This document shows, one piece after another, positions 16,709 to 25,083 of a stretch of DNA of 64,000 nt (position 1 is the first letter of the stretch; each line of letters starts with the position of its first letter). The notes under the pieces are model-generated. The model did not search any database. It was given only the letters and a program-made list of their open reading frames with translations, and was not told the DNA's origin. The position numbers were made by a program, and so were the translations under genes. Source of the stretch: Verrucomicrobiales bacterium (GTDB lineage: Bacteria; Verrucomicrobiota; Verrucomicrobiia; Limisphaerales; UBA1100); NCBI GenBank assembly GCA_005809105.1, contig SYLI01000068.1:4294-68293 (forward strand), read 5' to 3'.

Positions 16709-18790
16709 TCACACAACTTCCACCGGGCAGGGGGGCAGCGCCTCCAAAAACGCCCTGCCGTAGCGCTTGGTCAGCACGCGATTGTCCAGCACCGCGATGA
16801 TGCCCGTGTCCTGCCGCGTGCGGATGAGCCGGCCGACGCCCTGGCGGAATTTAAGGATGGCCTCCGGCAGCGAGTAGTCGGCGAACGCGTTGCCGCCGGC
16901 CGCCTCGATGGCTTCGATCCGCGCCTCGATCAGCGGGTGGTCGGGCATGGCGAAGGGCAATCGCGTGAGGATGACGTTGGAGAGTGCGGGCCCGGGCACG
17001 TCCACCCCCTGCCAGAAACTGTCGGTACCAAAGAGCACCGAGTCGATGTTCGCCTTAAACTTTTCAAGCATCAGCGCCCGGGGCATGCCCGTGCCTTGCA
17101 CGAAGCACTCCAACTTCTGTTCAGCGAGGAAGGGCGCGAGCGCGGCGGCCGTCTCGCGCATGAGGCGCGCGTTGGTGAAGAGCACGAACGCCTTGCCATG
17201 TGTCTGCCGGATGAAGTGCTCGATCCATTGCACCAGCGCCCCCTCGTAGCCGGAATCCTTCGGGTCGGGCATGCGTCCGGCCACATAGAGCGTCATCTGC
17301 TTCTTGAAATCGAAGGGCGATCCCAGCTGCGCGCGGTCGGCCGCTTCGGCGCCCGCTTGGCGGACAAAATAATCCAGGCCGTGGGCGCTCCGGCTGGTCC
17401 GGTCGGCGCGCGCCACATCGGCCACCGACAGCGTGGCGCTGGTGCAAATCACGGGCGAGGGCGACGAAAAGAGCCGCCGGCGCAGGTGGGCGGCGATGTC
17501 CACCGGTGCGGCGTGGAGCGAGAGGTTGGCGCGCTGGCGCCCGCTGCGCTCCACCCAATAGACATGGTCGGCAGCCCCCTGCCCGAGAAAGGCCGCCACC
17601 GAATCGCGCAGCGCGCCCAGTTGCCGGTTGCACTCGGCCAGTTCGGCCGTGGTTTCCTCGTCGTCCGTTTCGCGCGCCAGCAATGCCACGGCTTCGCGCA
17701 CGCGCTGCAGGGGCAGCGAGAGCGGGTCGGCCACCAATCCGGGCCGGCGCACGCGAAGCTCCGTCCATTCCTTGGCGCGCGGCGACGACGACTGCGCCGA
17801 ATCGCAGGCGGCCTCGACGGCTTCAAAAAGCGCCTCGCCGGCGCTGAGCGCCTGCGAGACCAGCGGCACCATCGGCCCGCGCCGCAGGGTGGCGAGCAGG
17901 CCCTTCTCGGTGCGCGGATTCCACAGCCGGTGAAGTTGGAAGCGGACTTGTCCGCTGGACACGCTTAAGCCCGCATGACGTGCGGCGACGTGGGGCAGGT
18001 GCTGGGCCTCGTCGAGAATCAGGAAGTCGTTCTTGAACAGAAATCCTTCGCCGCAGTCCGCCTCGTCCTTGTCGTCGGATTGCGCCGCCATCAGGGCGAA
18101 AAGCAGCGCGTGGTTGAGCACGAGCACGTCGGCGCCCAAGAGCTTGCGGCGGGCACGCTGGAAGAAGCATTCGCCGTGGTCGCGCGCGAAATCCGAGGCG
18201 GCACCGCAGAGCTTGGGCGAGCAGAGGCCGCGCTCCGAACACACCTCGCTCCAGACGTGTGGATCGGGCTCCACTTCCCAATCGGAGCGACAGCCCGTCT
18301 CGGTGGCGGTGCTCCACTCGAGCACGCGCTTGAGTTCGGCCATCTCCGGCGAGGTGAACAGCGCATCGGCACGAGCCAGCGCGCGATGCAGGCGGCGCGT
18401 ACAAAGATAGTTGGCGCGGCCCTGCAGCATTTGGAAGGAGAAGGACGCGGGCAGGATGCGCTGCAAGAGCGGCAGCTCCTTGCCGACCAGTTGCTGCTGG
18501 AGATTGATGGTGTGCGTGGCGATGAGGGCTTTGCGCGTGCGCGCAGCGGCATGCAGCACGGCGGGGATGAGATAGGCAAGGCTCTTGCCCACACCCGTGC
18601 CGGCCTCCACCACGAGGTGCCGGCCCTCCTCCAGCGCGCGGGCCACCGCCACGGCCATCTGCTGCTGCTGTGGGCGGTGCTCAAAAGTGCGCGATCCGGA
18701 GAGCAGGCCGCCGGGCCCAAAGATGTGTTCCACCTGAGCGGGGAGGTCGGAGCCGGAGCCCGTCGGCGACTCGTCCGAGGTGTGGATCAT
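16709..18790 (-). CDS. dinG: DinG/Rad3-family ATP-dependent DNA helicase
   Basis: Walker A (EAGTGVGKSLAYL), DEAQHLP box, Cys cluster (CTRR..CSERGLCSPKLCG..C) typical of the Rad3/XPD Fe-S domain, and C-terminal helicase motifs. Start uncertain (ATG 18790 or TTG 18871). Confidence 0.8.
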   Translation of the reverse strand: MIHTSDESPTGSGSDLPAQVEHIFGPGGLLSGSRTFEHRPQQQQMAVAVARALEEGRHLVVEAGTGVGKSLAYLIPAVLHAAARTRKALIATHTINLQQQLVGKELPLLQRILPASFSFQMLQGRANYLCTRRLHRALARADALFTSPEMAELKRVLEWSTATETGCRSDWEVEPDPHVWSEVCSERGLCSPKLCGAASDFARDHGECFFQRARRKLLGADVLVLNHALLFALMAAQSDDKDEADCGEGFLFKNDFLILDEAQHLPHVAARHAGLSVSSGQVRFQLHRLWNPRTEKGLLATLRRGPMVPLVSQALSAGEALFEAVEAACDSAQSSSPRAKEWTELRVRRPGLVADPLSLPLQRVREAVALLARETDDEETTAELAECNRQLGALRDSVAAFLGQGAADHVYWVERSGRQRANLSLHAAPVDIAAHLRRRLFSSPSPVICTSATLSVADVARADRTSRSAHGLDYFVRQAGAEAADRAQLGSPFDFKKQMTLYVAGRMPDPKDSGYEGALVQWIEHFIRQTHGKAFVLFTNARLMRETAAALAPFLAEQKLECFVQGTGMPRALMLEKFKANIDSVLFGTDSFWQGVDVPGPALSNVILTRLPFAMPDHPLIEARIEAIEAAGGNAFADYSLPEAILKFRQGVGRLIRTRQDTGIIAVLDNRVLTKRYGRAFLEALPPCPVEVV

Positions 18791-18812
18791 GGGCGGGGAG
18801 AAGGCGCGCGGC

Positions 18813-19520
18813 TCAGGCGGTGCCGGAGCGGCGGCGCGCAACGACCTCCTGCGGGGCGCGGTTCTTGGCAATCATGTCCGCGGGCAGGACGCCGCGCCAG
18901 CTCGTCAGCGCGTAGACCACGGCGCGCCGACCAATGATGCTGCCGGGGTTTAACACCGCATTGCACCCGATCTCGGCGTGGTCGCCAACCATCGCGCCCA
19001 GCTTGCGCAGGCCCGTGTCTAGGGGCGCGCCGTGCGCGTCATGGACATCCACCGTCACGTTTCCGGCCAGCGATTTCACGTTGGACAACACCGCCCCCGC
19101 GCCCAGATGGGCCTTGTGGCCGAGGATGGAGTCGCCCACGTAGTTGAAGTGCGGAACCTGGCAGCCGTTAAAAAGGAGGGAGTGCTTGAGCTCGCTGGCA
19201 TTGCCGATGACGCAGCCCTCGCCCACGATCACATCGGCGCGGATGTAGGCGCCGCGGCGGATTTCGCAGTTCCTGCCAATGATGGCCGGCCCCTGAATCA
19301 TGGCGCCTGCCTCGACCACCGTGCCTTCGCCGATGAACACGCAGGGGCCGATCACCGCACCGGTGTCGCAGCGGCCGTGCTGTGCTGGCCGCACGTGCGA
19401 CTGGAGATAGCCGCGAAGGCCCCGGAGTGCGTCCCACGCAAATTCGGCTCCGTCGAAAAGGGCCGCGTGCTCTGTCTGCGCCAAGTCAAACAAGCTGCCG
19501 GGACTGAACATGGCCACCAC
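18813..19520 (-). CDS. left-handed beta-helix (hexapeptide-repeat) transferase
   Basis: Repeated [LIV]-G-x4 hexapeptides (VFIGEGTVVEAGAMIQGPAIIGRNCEIRRGAYIRADVIVGEGCVIG...). Acyl or nucleotidyl specificity cannot be told. Confidence 0.7.
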   Translation of the reverse strand: MVAMFSPGSLFDLAQTEHAALFDGAEFAWDALRGLRGYLQSHVRPAQHGRCDTGAVIGPCVFIGEGTVVEAGAMIQGPAIIGRNCEIRRGAYIRADVIVGEGCVIGNASELKHSLLFNGCQVPHFNYVGDSILGHKAHLGAGAVLSNVKSLAGNVTVDVHDAHGAPLDTGLRKLGAMVGDHAEIGCNAVLNPGSIIGRRAVVYALTSWRGVLPADMIAKNRAPQEVVARRRSGTA

Positions 19521-19569
19521 GGTAGGCCAAGGGCCCGGGCTGCGGAAACGAAAAAGTTCCCCCGCGGGC

Positions 19570-20673
19570 TCAGACGTTGAACTTGAAGAGGAGCACGTCG
19601 CCGTCCTTCACGACGTACTCCTTGCCTTCCATCCGGTAGAGACCCTTCTCGCGCGCGGCGGCCACGGAGCCGCACTCCATAAGGTCGGCGTAGGCAACCG
19701 TCTCCGCTTTGATGAAGCCGCGCTCAAAGTCGGTGTGGATGACGCCCGCGGCCTTGGGCGCGGTGTCGCCGTTGTGGATGGTCCAAGCGCGGACCTCCTT
19801 CTCGCCCGCCGTGAAATAGGTGCGCAGGCCCAGCAAATGATAGGTCGCGCGGATGAGCGCGCCCACGCCGGATTCCTCGACGCCCAGTTCTTTGAGAAAC
19901 TCCCCGGCCTCCGCCGCCGAAAGATCGATGAGGTCGCTCTCGATTTGCGCGCTGATGACCACAGCCTCGCAGGCCATGTGCTGCTTCACATACTCGCGCA
20001 CCTTCTGGACATGGGGATTGGTGTCGGCCGTGGCGAGATCGGCCTCCTTGACGTTGCACGCAAAGAGCGTGGGCTTGTCGGTGAGCAGCCAGAAGAGGCG
20101 GGAGAGAGCCTTCTCCTCGGGGGTGAGCTCAAGCGTGAGCGCGGGCTTGCCGGAATCAAGGTGCGGCTGGAGTTTCTGCAACACGGCCTGTTCCGCCAGT
20201 GCCACCTTGTCGCCGCGCTTGGCGTCTTTGGCGACCCGGTCAAGCCGGCGCGTCACCGAATCCAGATCGGCCAGCACGAGTTCAGTGGTGATGGTTTCGA
20301 TGTCGCGCACGGGATCCACGCCGCCGGCCACATGGTGGATGTCGGCATCTTCAAAGCAGCGGATCACTTGGACGAGGGCGTCCACCTCGCGGATGTGGGT
20401 GAGAAACTTGTTGCCCAGTCCTTCGCCGGCGCTCGCGCCCTTCACGAGTCCAGCGATGTCCACAAACTCCACGGCGGCCGGGATGACGACGCTCGTCTTG
20501 GCGATCTTCTGCAGCGGCACCAGCCGCTCGTCGGGCACCGTGACAATGCCGATGTTGGGATCAATCGTGCAGAAGGGATAGTTTGCGGCCTCGGCCTTGC
20601 GGGAGCGGGTGAGGGCGTTAAAGAGGGTGGACTTGCCCACGTTGGGCAGCCCGACGATTCCAGCTTTGAGCAT
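19570..20673 (-). CDS. ychF: redox-regulated ATPase YchF
   Basis: MLKAGIVGLPNVGKSTLFNALT, and a C-terminal TGS-like region (RAWTIHNGDTAPKAAGVIHTDFERGFI). Confidence 0.95.
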   Translation of the reverse strand: MLKAGIVGLPNVGKSTLFNALTRSRKAEAANYPFCTIDPNIGIVTVPDERLVPLQKIAKTSVVIPAAVEFVDIAGLVKGASAGEGLGNKFLTHIREVDALVQVIRCFEDADIHHVAGGVDPVRDIETITTELVLADLDSVTRRLDRVAKDAKRGDKVALAEQAVLQKLQPHLDSGKPALTLELTPEEKALSRLFWLLTDKPTLFACNVKEADLATADTNPHVQKVREYVKQHMACEAVVISAQIESDLIDLSAAEAGEFLKELGVEESGVGALIRATYHLLGLRTYFTAGEKEVRAWTIHNGDTAPKAAGVIHTDFERGFIKAETVAYADLMECGSVAAAREKGLYRMEGKEYVVKDGDVLLFKFNV

Positions 20674-20693
20674 AAAAGTTTCCCCGCGAGCGA

Positions 20694-21830
20694 TCAGGCG
20701 CCACGCACGGCCGTCACGGCCTCGCGCAGGCGATTGCGAAAATCCTCCATCCCCACGTCAAACGCCGCCGCCATCGGCAGGACGGGCACCCCGCGAATCT
20801 TGCGGCGAAAGAGCTTCAGGTTCGCCGTGGCCGCCGGCTCGTCCATCTTGTTGGCCACCACCAGGCGCGGCTTTTCCAGCATGGCCGGATCGTAGAGTTT
20901 CAACTCGGAGAGAATCTGGCGGTAGTCTGCCCACGGCTCGCGGGCGTCGGTGCCGGCCATGTCCAGAAGCAGCACCAGCACAACGCAGCGGCGGATGTGA
21001 CGCAGAAACGCGTGGCCCAAGCCCACGTTTCGGTGCGCGCCCTCGATCAAGCCCGGCACGTCGCACACCACCAGCCGGTGCCAGTCGGGATATTCCATGA
21101 TACCAATCTGCGGGTGCAGTGTGGTGAAGGGGTACGCGGCAATCTTGGGCCGCGCCTTGGAAATGGCCGTCAGCAAGGTGGACTTGCCGGCGTTGGGATA
21201 GCCCACAAGACCGGCGTCGGCGATGAGCCGCAGTTCAAAAAGGAAGTGGCCTTCGCCGCCCAGCTCGCCGGGCTGCGCAAAGCGTGGAGTCTGCCTTCTG
21301 GCCGTGGCAAAGTTGCGATTGCCCAGTCCGCCGCGGCCGCCACTGCAAAGCGCAAATTGCTGGCCATGCTCCACTAGATCGGCGACCAGCTCGCCCGCAT
21401 GTCCAGTGGCCAGCGTTGCCTCTGCTGCTTCCACGGGCTCATCGGCTCCCATGTCCACCGCGAAGGCCTGCTCGCCACCGGGGGCTTGCACCACGCGCGC
21501 GCCTTCGGGCGCAATCACCGTGGGGATGGGGCTTGGCAGCCGCCACACTACTGTGCCGCAAGGGACTTTCACCACGCAGTCCTTGCCCGCGTGGCCGTCC
21601 ATGCCCTTGCCCAGACCGTGCTCGCCATTCTGCGCCAGCAGCCGCGAGTTGAAAAACTGGGCGATGAGGTTGTTGATGTCGTGGCTGGCCTCGAGAATCA
21701 CATCGCCACCGCGGCCGCCATTGCCGCCATCGGGGCCTCCCTTGGGCACGAAAATCTCGCGGCGGAAGGCGACGCAGCCACGTCCGCCACGGCCGGCGCG
21801 CGCAAACACTTTCACCTGATCGACGAACAT
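20694..21830 (-). CDS. obg: GTPase Obg/CgtA
   Basis: Glycine-rich Obg fold (GGPDGGNGGRGGDV, GGRGGLGN) and G domain (GYPNAGKSTLL, DVPGLIEGA, NKMD). Confidence 0.9.
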   Translation of the reverse strand: MFVDQVKVFARAGRGGRGCVAFRREIFVPKGGPDGGNGGRGGDVILEASHDINNLIAQFFNSRLLAQNGEHGLGKGMDGHAGKDCVVKVPCGTVVWRLPSPIPTVIAPEGARVVQAPGGEQAFAVDMGADEPVEAAEATLATGHAGELVADLVEHGQQFALCSGGRGGLGNRNFATARRQTPRFAQPGELGGEGHFLFELRLIADAGLVGYPNAGKSTLLTAISKARPKIAAYPFTTLHPQIGIMEYPDWHRLVVCDVPGLIEGAHRNVGLGHAFLRHIRRCVVLVLLLDMAGTDAREPWADYRQILSELKLYDPAMLEKPRLVVANKMDEPAATANLKLFRRKIRGVPVLPMAAAFDVGMEDFRNRLREAVTAVRGA

Positions 21831-21897
21831 GGTGGGCTAAAAAATAAAGGCGAGGCAGCTCACCTCGCCGTGGGTGCCGCAGGGCGGTGGACTGGCG

Positions 21898-22161
21898 CTA
21901 GTTCTGTGCAGGGGCCGCAGCGGGCCTGACGCTGACGAGGCGCTTGCCCTTGGCAAACTTCACGTGCCCGTCGGCGAGCGCAAAGAGCGTCCAGTCACGA
22001 CCGATGCCCACGTGGGGACCGGCGTGAAACTTGGAGCCGCGCTGCCGCACGAGGATGGTGCCCGAATGCACCAGTTCGCCGTCGCCGCACTTCACGCCCA
22101 GCCGCTTGGAGTGGCTGTCGCGACCGTTCTTGGATGATCCCTGGCCTTTCTTGTGTGCCAT
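21898..22161 (-). CDS. rpmA: 50S ribosomal protein L27
   Basis: [24 protein letters not shown]... is a canonical L27 N-terminus. Confidence 0.95.
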   Translation of the reverse strand: MAHKKGQGSSKNGRDSHSKRLGVKCGDGELVHSGTILVRQRGSKFHAGPHVGIGRDWTLFALADGHVKFAKGKRLVSVRPAAAPAQN

Positions 22162-22163
22162 GG

Positions 22164-22517
22164 CTAAGCCTTGATTTGGGTGATTTTGACGACGGTGAGA
22201 TCCTGGCGATGGCCCCGTTTGCGGTGGTGATTCTTGCGGCGCTTCATCTTGAAGATGATGAGCTTGGGGCCGCGCTTGTGCTTAACCACCTCGGCTTCCA
22301 CCGTGGCCTTGCCGACGGTGGGGGTGCCCACCAAAACCTTGTCAGGCTGGCTCACCAGCAGCACGCGGTCGAAGGAGACGGCCGCACCTTCCTTCACCAG
22401 TTCGCCGGTGGCCGTCTTCAATTCCTCCACCTCCACCACGTCGCCCACGGCGACGCGATATTGCTTGCTGCCTTCCTTCGCCGCAGCGTTGTAACCAGTC
22501 TCGATGATCGCGTACAT
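22164..22517 (-). CDS. rplU: 50S ribosomal protein L21
   Basis: MYAIIETG...KQYRV start and C-terminal [16 protein letters not shown], in the classical rplU-rpmA-obg order. Confidence 0.9.
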   Translation of the reverse strand: MYAIIETGYNAAAKEGSKQYRVAVGDVVEVEELKTATGELVKEGAAVSFDRVLLVSQPDKVLVGTPTVGKATVEAEVVKHKRGPKLIIFKMKRRKNHHRKRGHRQDLTVVKITQIKA

Positions 22518-22543
22518 ATCCTGCCCAAAAAACGGGGGCGCAA

Positions 22544-22572
22544 AATAGACCAAAAACGGGCGGGTGTGTCAA
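22544..22572 (-). promoter_or_regulatory. candidate sigma-70-like promoter for rplU-rpmA-obg
   Basis: The minus strand reads TTGACA (22572-22567, overlapping the upstream transporter stop), a 17-nt spacer, then TCTATT (22549-22544), about 27 nt before the rplU ATG. Consensus matching by eye only. Confidence 0.3.
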
Positions 22573-24182
22573 CCGTTCAGATTGCCGGGGGTGCGGGGGC
22601 CTGGCGGCGGGTTGAGGCGGTTCAACAGGGGCGAGAGGGCGAGGATCACAATTCCTGCGCCCACCGAGGTCACCACAAAGAGAAAATAGAAGTCGGCCTG
22701 GCCGCCAAAGCGCCACGGCAGCCCGATTTCCCCCCGCGCCACGGCCTCCACCTTGGAGGCCACCATCCCGCCGCCCAGCCCCGCCAGAAAGCTCGAGATG
22801 AACCAGATGCCCATCAGCAACGACAGGAACCGCTTGGGCGCCGTGCGGGTCACGTAGGAGAGCCCCGTGGGCGAAAGGCACAGCTCGCCCACCGTGTGCC
22901 AGAAATAGGTGAGCACCACCAGCGACATCCCCGCCTTGGCCACGCCGTCGCGGGCGACGTACCCGGCCCAAGCCATGAACAGGAACCCCAGTCCCAGCAG
23001 CAACAGGCCCATTGCAATCTTGACGGGCTGGCCCGGGTTGTGGCCGCGCCGGCCCAGTGCCGTCCACAACGCGGCGAATCCCGGGGCCATGAGAAAGATG
23101 AGGCCTGCGTTGATGGACTGAAACCATGTCGTGGGCACCTGGTACGAGGCCAAGAAGCGGTCTGTGTGCCGGTCGGTGAAGAGATTGATGCTTGAGCCTG
23201 CCTGTTCAAAGGCCACCCAGAAGAACGCGTTGAAGAAGGTGAAGATGAAAATCGTGGCCACGGGCCCGCGATCCTGCGGCTGCTGAGCCTTCACGAACCA
23301 CGCCGCCAAGGCCAGCACGGCGGCCGCGAGCAGCACGATGACCCGCGTGTGGCCCAGCTGGGCCATGAGCGCGGTGTTGAGCCACGAGAGCGCCCCGCGG
23401 TGGAAGGCCAGCGCCACCAGCGCCGAGAGCACCAGCGCCGCGGGGATGAACCACGGCGCCCACCGGCCCTTGTCGCCGGGCGGCAGGCCGATGTCGGCGA
23501 GATATCTCGGGCGCAGCGCCACGTACAACGCCAGCCCCCCCAGCATCCCCAGTGCCGCCGAGCCAAAGCCCCAGTGCCAGCCGACTCGTTCGGCCAGCGT
23601 GCCGCACACAAACCCGCACAGAAAGGCGCCCAGATTGATCCCCATGTAGAAGATGGTGAAGGCGCCGTCGCGCCGCGGGTCATCCGCGCCGTAGAGCTGC
23701 CCCACCATCACCGAGACCGTGGGTTTGAAATGGCCGGTGCCGATCACCACCATTGCCAGCCCGCCCACAAAGAGCGCCATGCCGGGCGCGTTGTGGGCCA
23801 GCTCGCCCAGGCCCGAAAGGGCGAGCAGCACGTGCCCCAGCGCGATGATGATGCCGCCGGTCACCATCGAGCGGTGCGTGCCAATCCAGCGGTCTGCGAT
23901 GAGGCCCCCCAGAATGGGCGTCAGATACACCAAGCCCGTGTACCAGCCATAGAGCACCGTGGCTTCGGCGTCGCCCCAGCCGCGGCCGGGGTTGAAGCCG
24001 GGCGGCTGGTGCGCCGGTCGCACCGCGTCGGCCATCCCGTGCGGCGACGTGGTGAGGTAGAGCACGAGAAACCCGCGCATGCCATAGTAGCTAAACCGCT
24101 CCCACATCTCCACGAGGAAGAGCAGGAAGAGCCCCGGCGGATGCCCCAGCCAGGGCTTCGGAGAGGGCGTCAGCGGGGCCAT
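22569..24182 (-). CDS. proton-dependent oligopeptide transporter (POT/PTR2 family)
   Basis: The N-terminal signature FLVEMWERFSYYGMRGFLVLYL is diagnostic of POT transporters. The 537-aa product is polytopic. Confidence 0.9.
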   Translation of the reverse strand: MAPLTPSPKPWLGHPPGLFLLFLVEMWERFSYYGMRGFLVLYLTTSPHGMADAVRPAHQPPGFNPGRGWGDAEATVLYGWYTGLVYLTPILGGLIADRWIGTHRSMVTGGIIIALGHVLLALSGLGELAHNAPGMALFVGGLAMVVIGTGHFKPTVSVMVGQLYGADDPRRDGAFTIFYMGINLGAFLCGFVCGTLAERVGWHWGFGSAALGMLGGLALYVALRPRYLADIGLPPGDKGRWAPWFIPAALVLSALVALAFHRGALSWLNTALMAQLGHTRVIVLLAAAVLALAAWFVKAQQPQDRGPVATIFIFTFFNAFFWVAFEQAGSSINLFTDRHTDRFLASYQVPTTWFQSINAGLIFLMAPGFAALWTALGRRGHNPGQPVKIAMGLLLLGLGFLFMAWAGYVARDGVAKAGMSLVVLTYFWHTVGELCLSPTGLSYVTRTAPKRFLSLLMGIWFISSFLAGLGGGMVASKVEAVARGEIGLPWRFGGQADFYFLFVVTSVGAGIVILALSPLLNRLNPPPGPRTPGNLNG

Positions 24183-24255
24183 TGGCGCGCATGGTGGTCA
24201 ACGCGCATCGCGTTGACGAGGCAAAACAACCCGTGCAACGTGCCGCCCGGCACGC

Positions 24256-25068
24256 ATGACAAACCCCATTCTGGAGCACAACCGGCGCGTATGGGACGAG
24301 CGGGTGCGTGCACGCCAGCGGTTCACCGCGCCCGCCAGTGCGGAGGAGATGAAGACCCCGCTCAAGGCCATCGACCCCATGGGCTGGCTGGGCGGCGATG
24401 TCGCCGGGCGGCGCATCCTTTGCCTCGGCGCGGGCGGCGGCAAGCACGGGCCGCTTCTGGCGGCCGCGGGCGCGCAGGTCACCGTCGTGGACTTGAGCCC
24501 GGAGATGCTGCGCCTGGATCGCGAGATGGCCGCGCAGTACCAGTTGCAGTTGGAGACGCTCGTGGCCTCGCTGGACGATCTGGGCGCGCTGCCCGCGGGC
24601 GTGTTTGACGCCGTCATGCAGCCCGTCAGCTCCTGCTACGTGCCGGACATTCAACTGGCCTACCGCGAGCTGGCGCGCGTCACGCGCCCCGGTGCCGTGT
24701 ACATCAGCCGTCACAAACAGCCCACCAGCCTGCAAGCCGGCCTCTCCCCCGGGCCGCAAGGCTTCGTACTCGCCGAGGCCTACTATCTGAGCGGCGCTCT
24801 CTCCCCCGCATCGCAGCCCGGGCCGCACCGCGAGGGCGGCGCGCTGGAGTTTTTACACCGCTGGGGGCAACTGCTGGGCGGCCTCTGCCGCGCCGGGTTT
24901 GTGATCGAGGAGGTGTTTGAGCCGCACATGGCCGACGCCAGCGCGGCGCCCGGCAGCTTCGAGTACCGGTGCCACTACATCGCGCCCTACATCCAGCTGC
25001 GCGCCCGGCGCACGGACGCGCCTGCGCCAACGGCCGCTGGGGCGTTGTGGACGCCCCCCAAGGGCTGA
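24256..25068 (+). CDS. class I SAM-dependent methyltransferase
   Basis: ILCLGAGGGKHG (motif I) and VTVVDLSPEML (motif II). Confidence 0.75.
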   Translation: MTNPILEHNRRVWDERVRARQRFTAPASAEEMKTPLKAIDPMGWLGGDVAGRRILCLGAGGGKHGPLLAAAGAQVTVVDLSPEMLRLDREMAAQYQLQLETLVASLDDLGALPAGVFDAVMQPVSSCYVPDIQLAYRELARVTRPGAVYISRHKQPTSLQAGLSPGPQGFVLAEAYYLSGALSPASQPGPHREGGALEFLHRWGQLLGGLCRAGFVIEEVFEPHMADASAAPGSFEYRCHYIAPYIQLRARRTDAPAPTAAGALWTPPKG

Positions 25069-25083
25069 CGAGGACGCCCGCGG

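Noticed and set aside
16709-18790. DinG-family helicase as part of a defence system (DinG homologues occur in some CRISPR and anti-phage loci).
   Set aside because: The neighbours are housekeeping genes (ychF, obg, a hexapeptide transferase). No nuclease or Cas-like partner and no repeats are nearby. The helicase carries the ordinary Rad3-type Fe-S domain.
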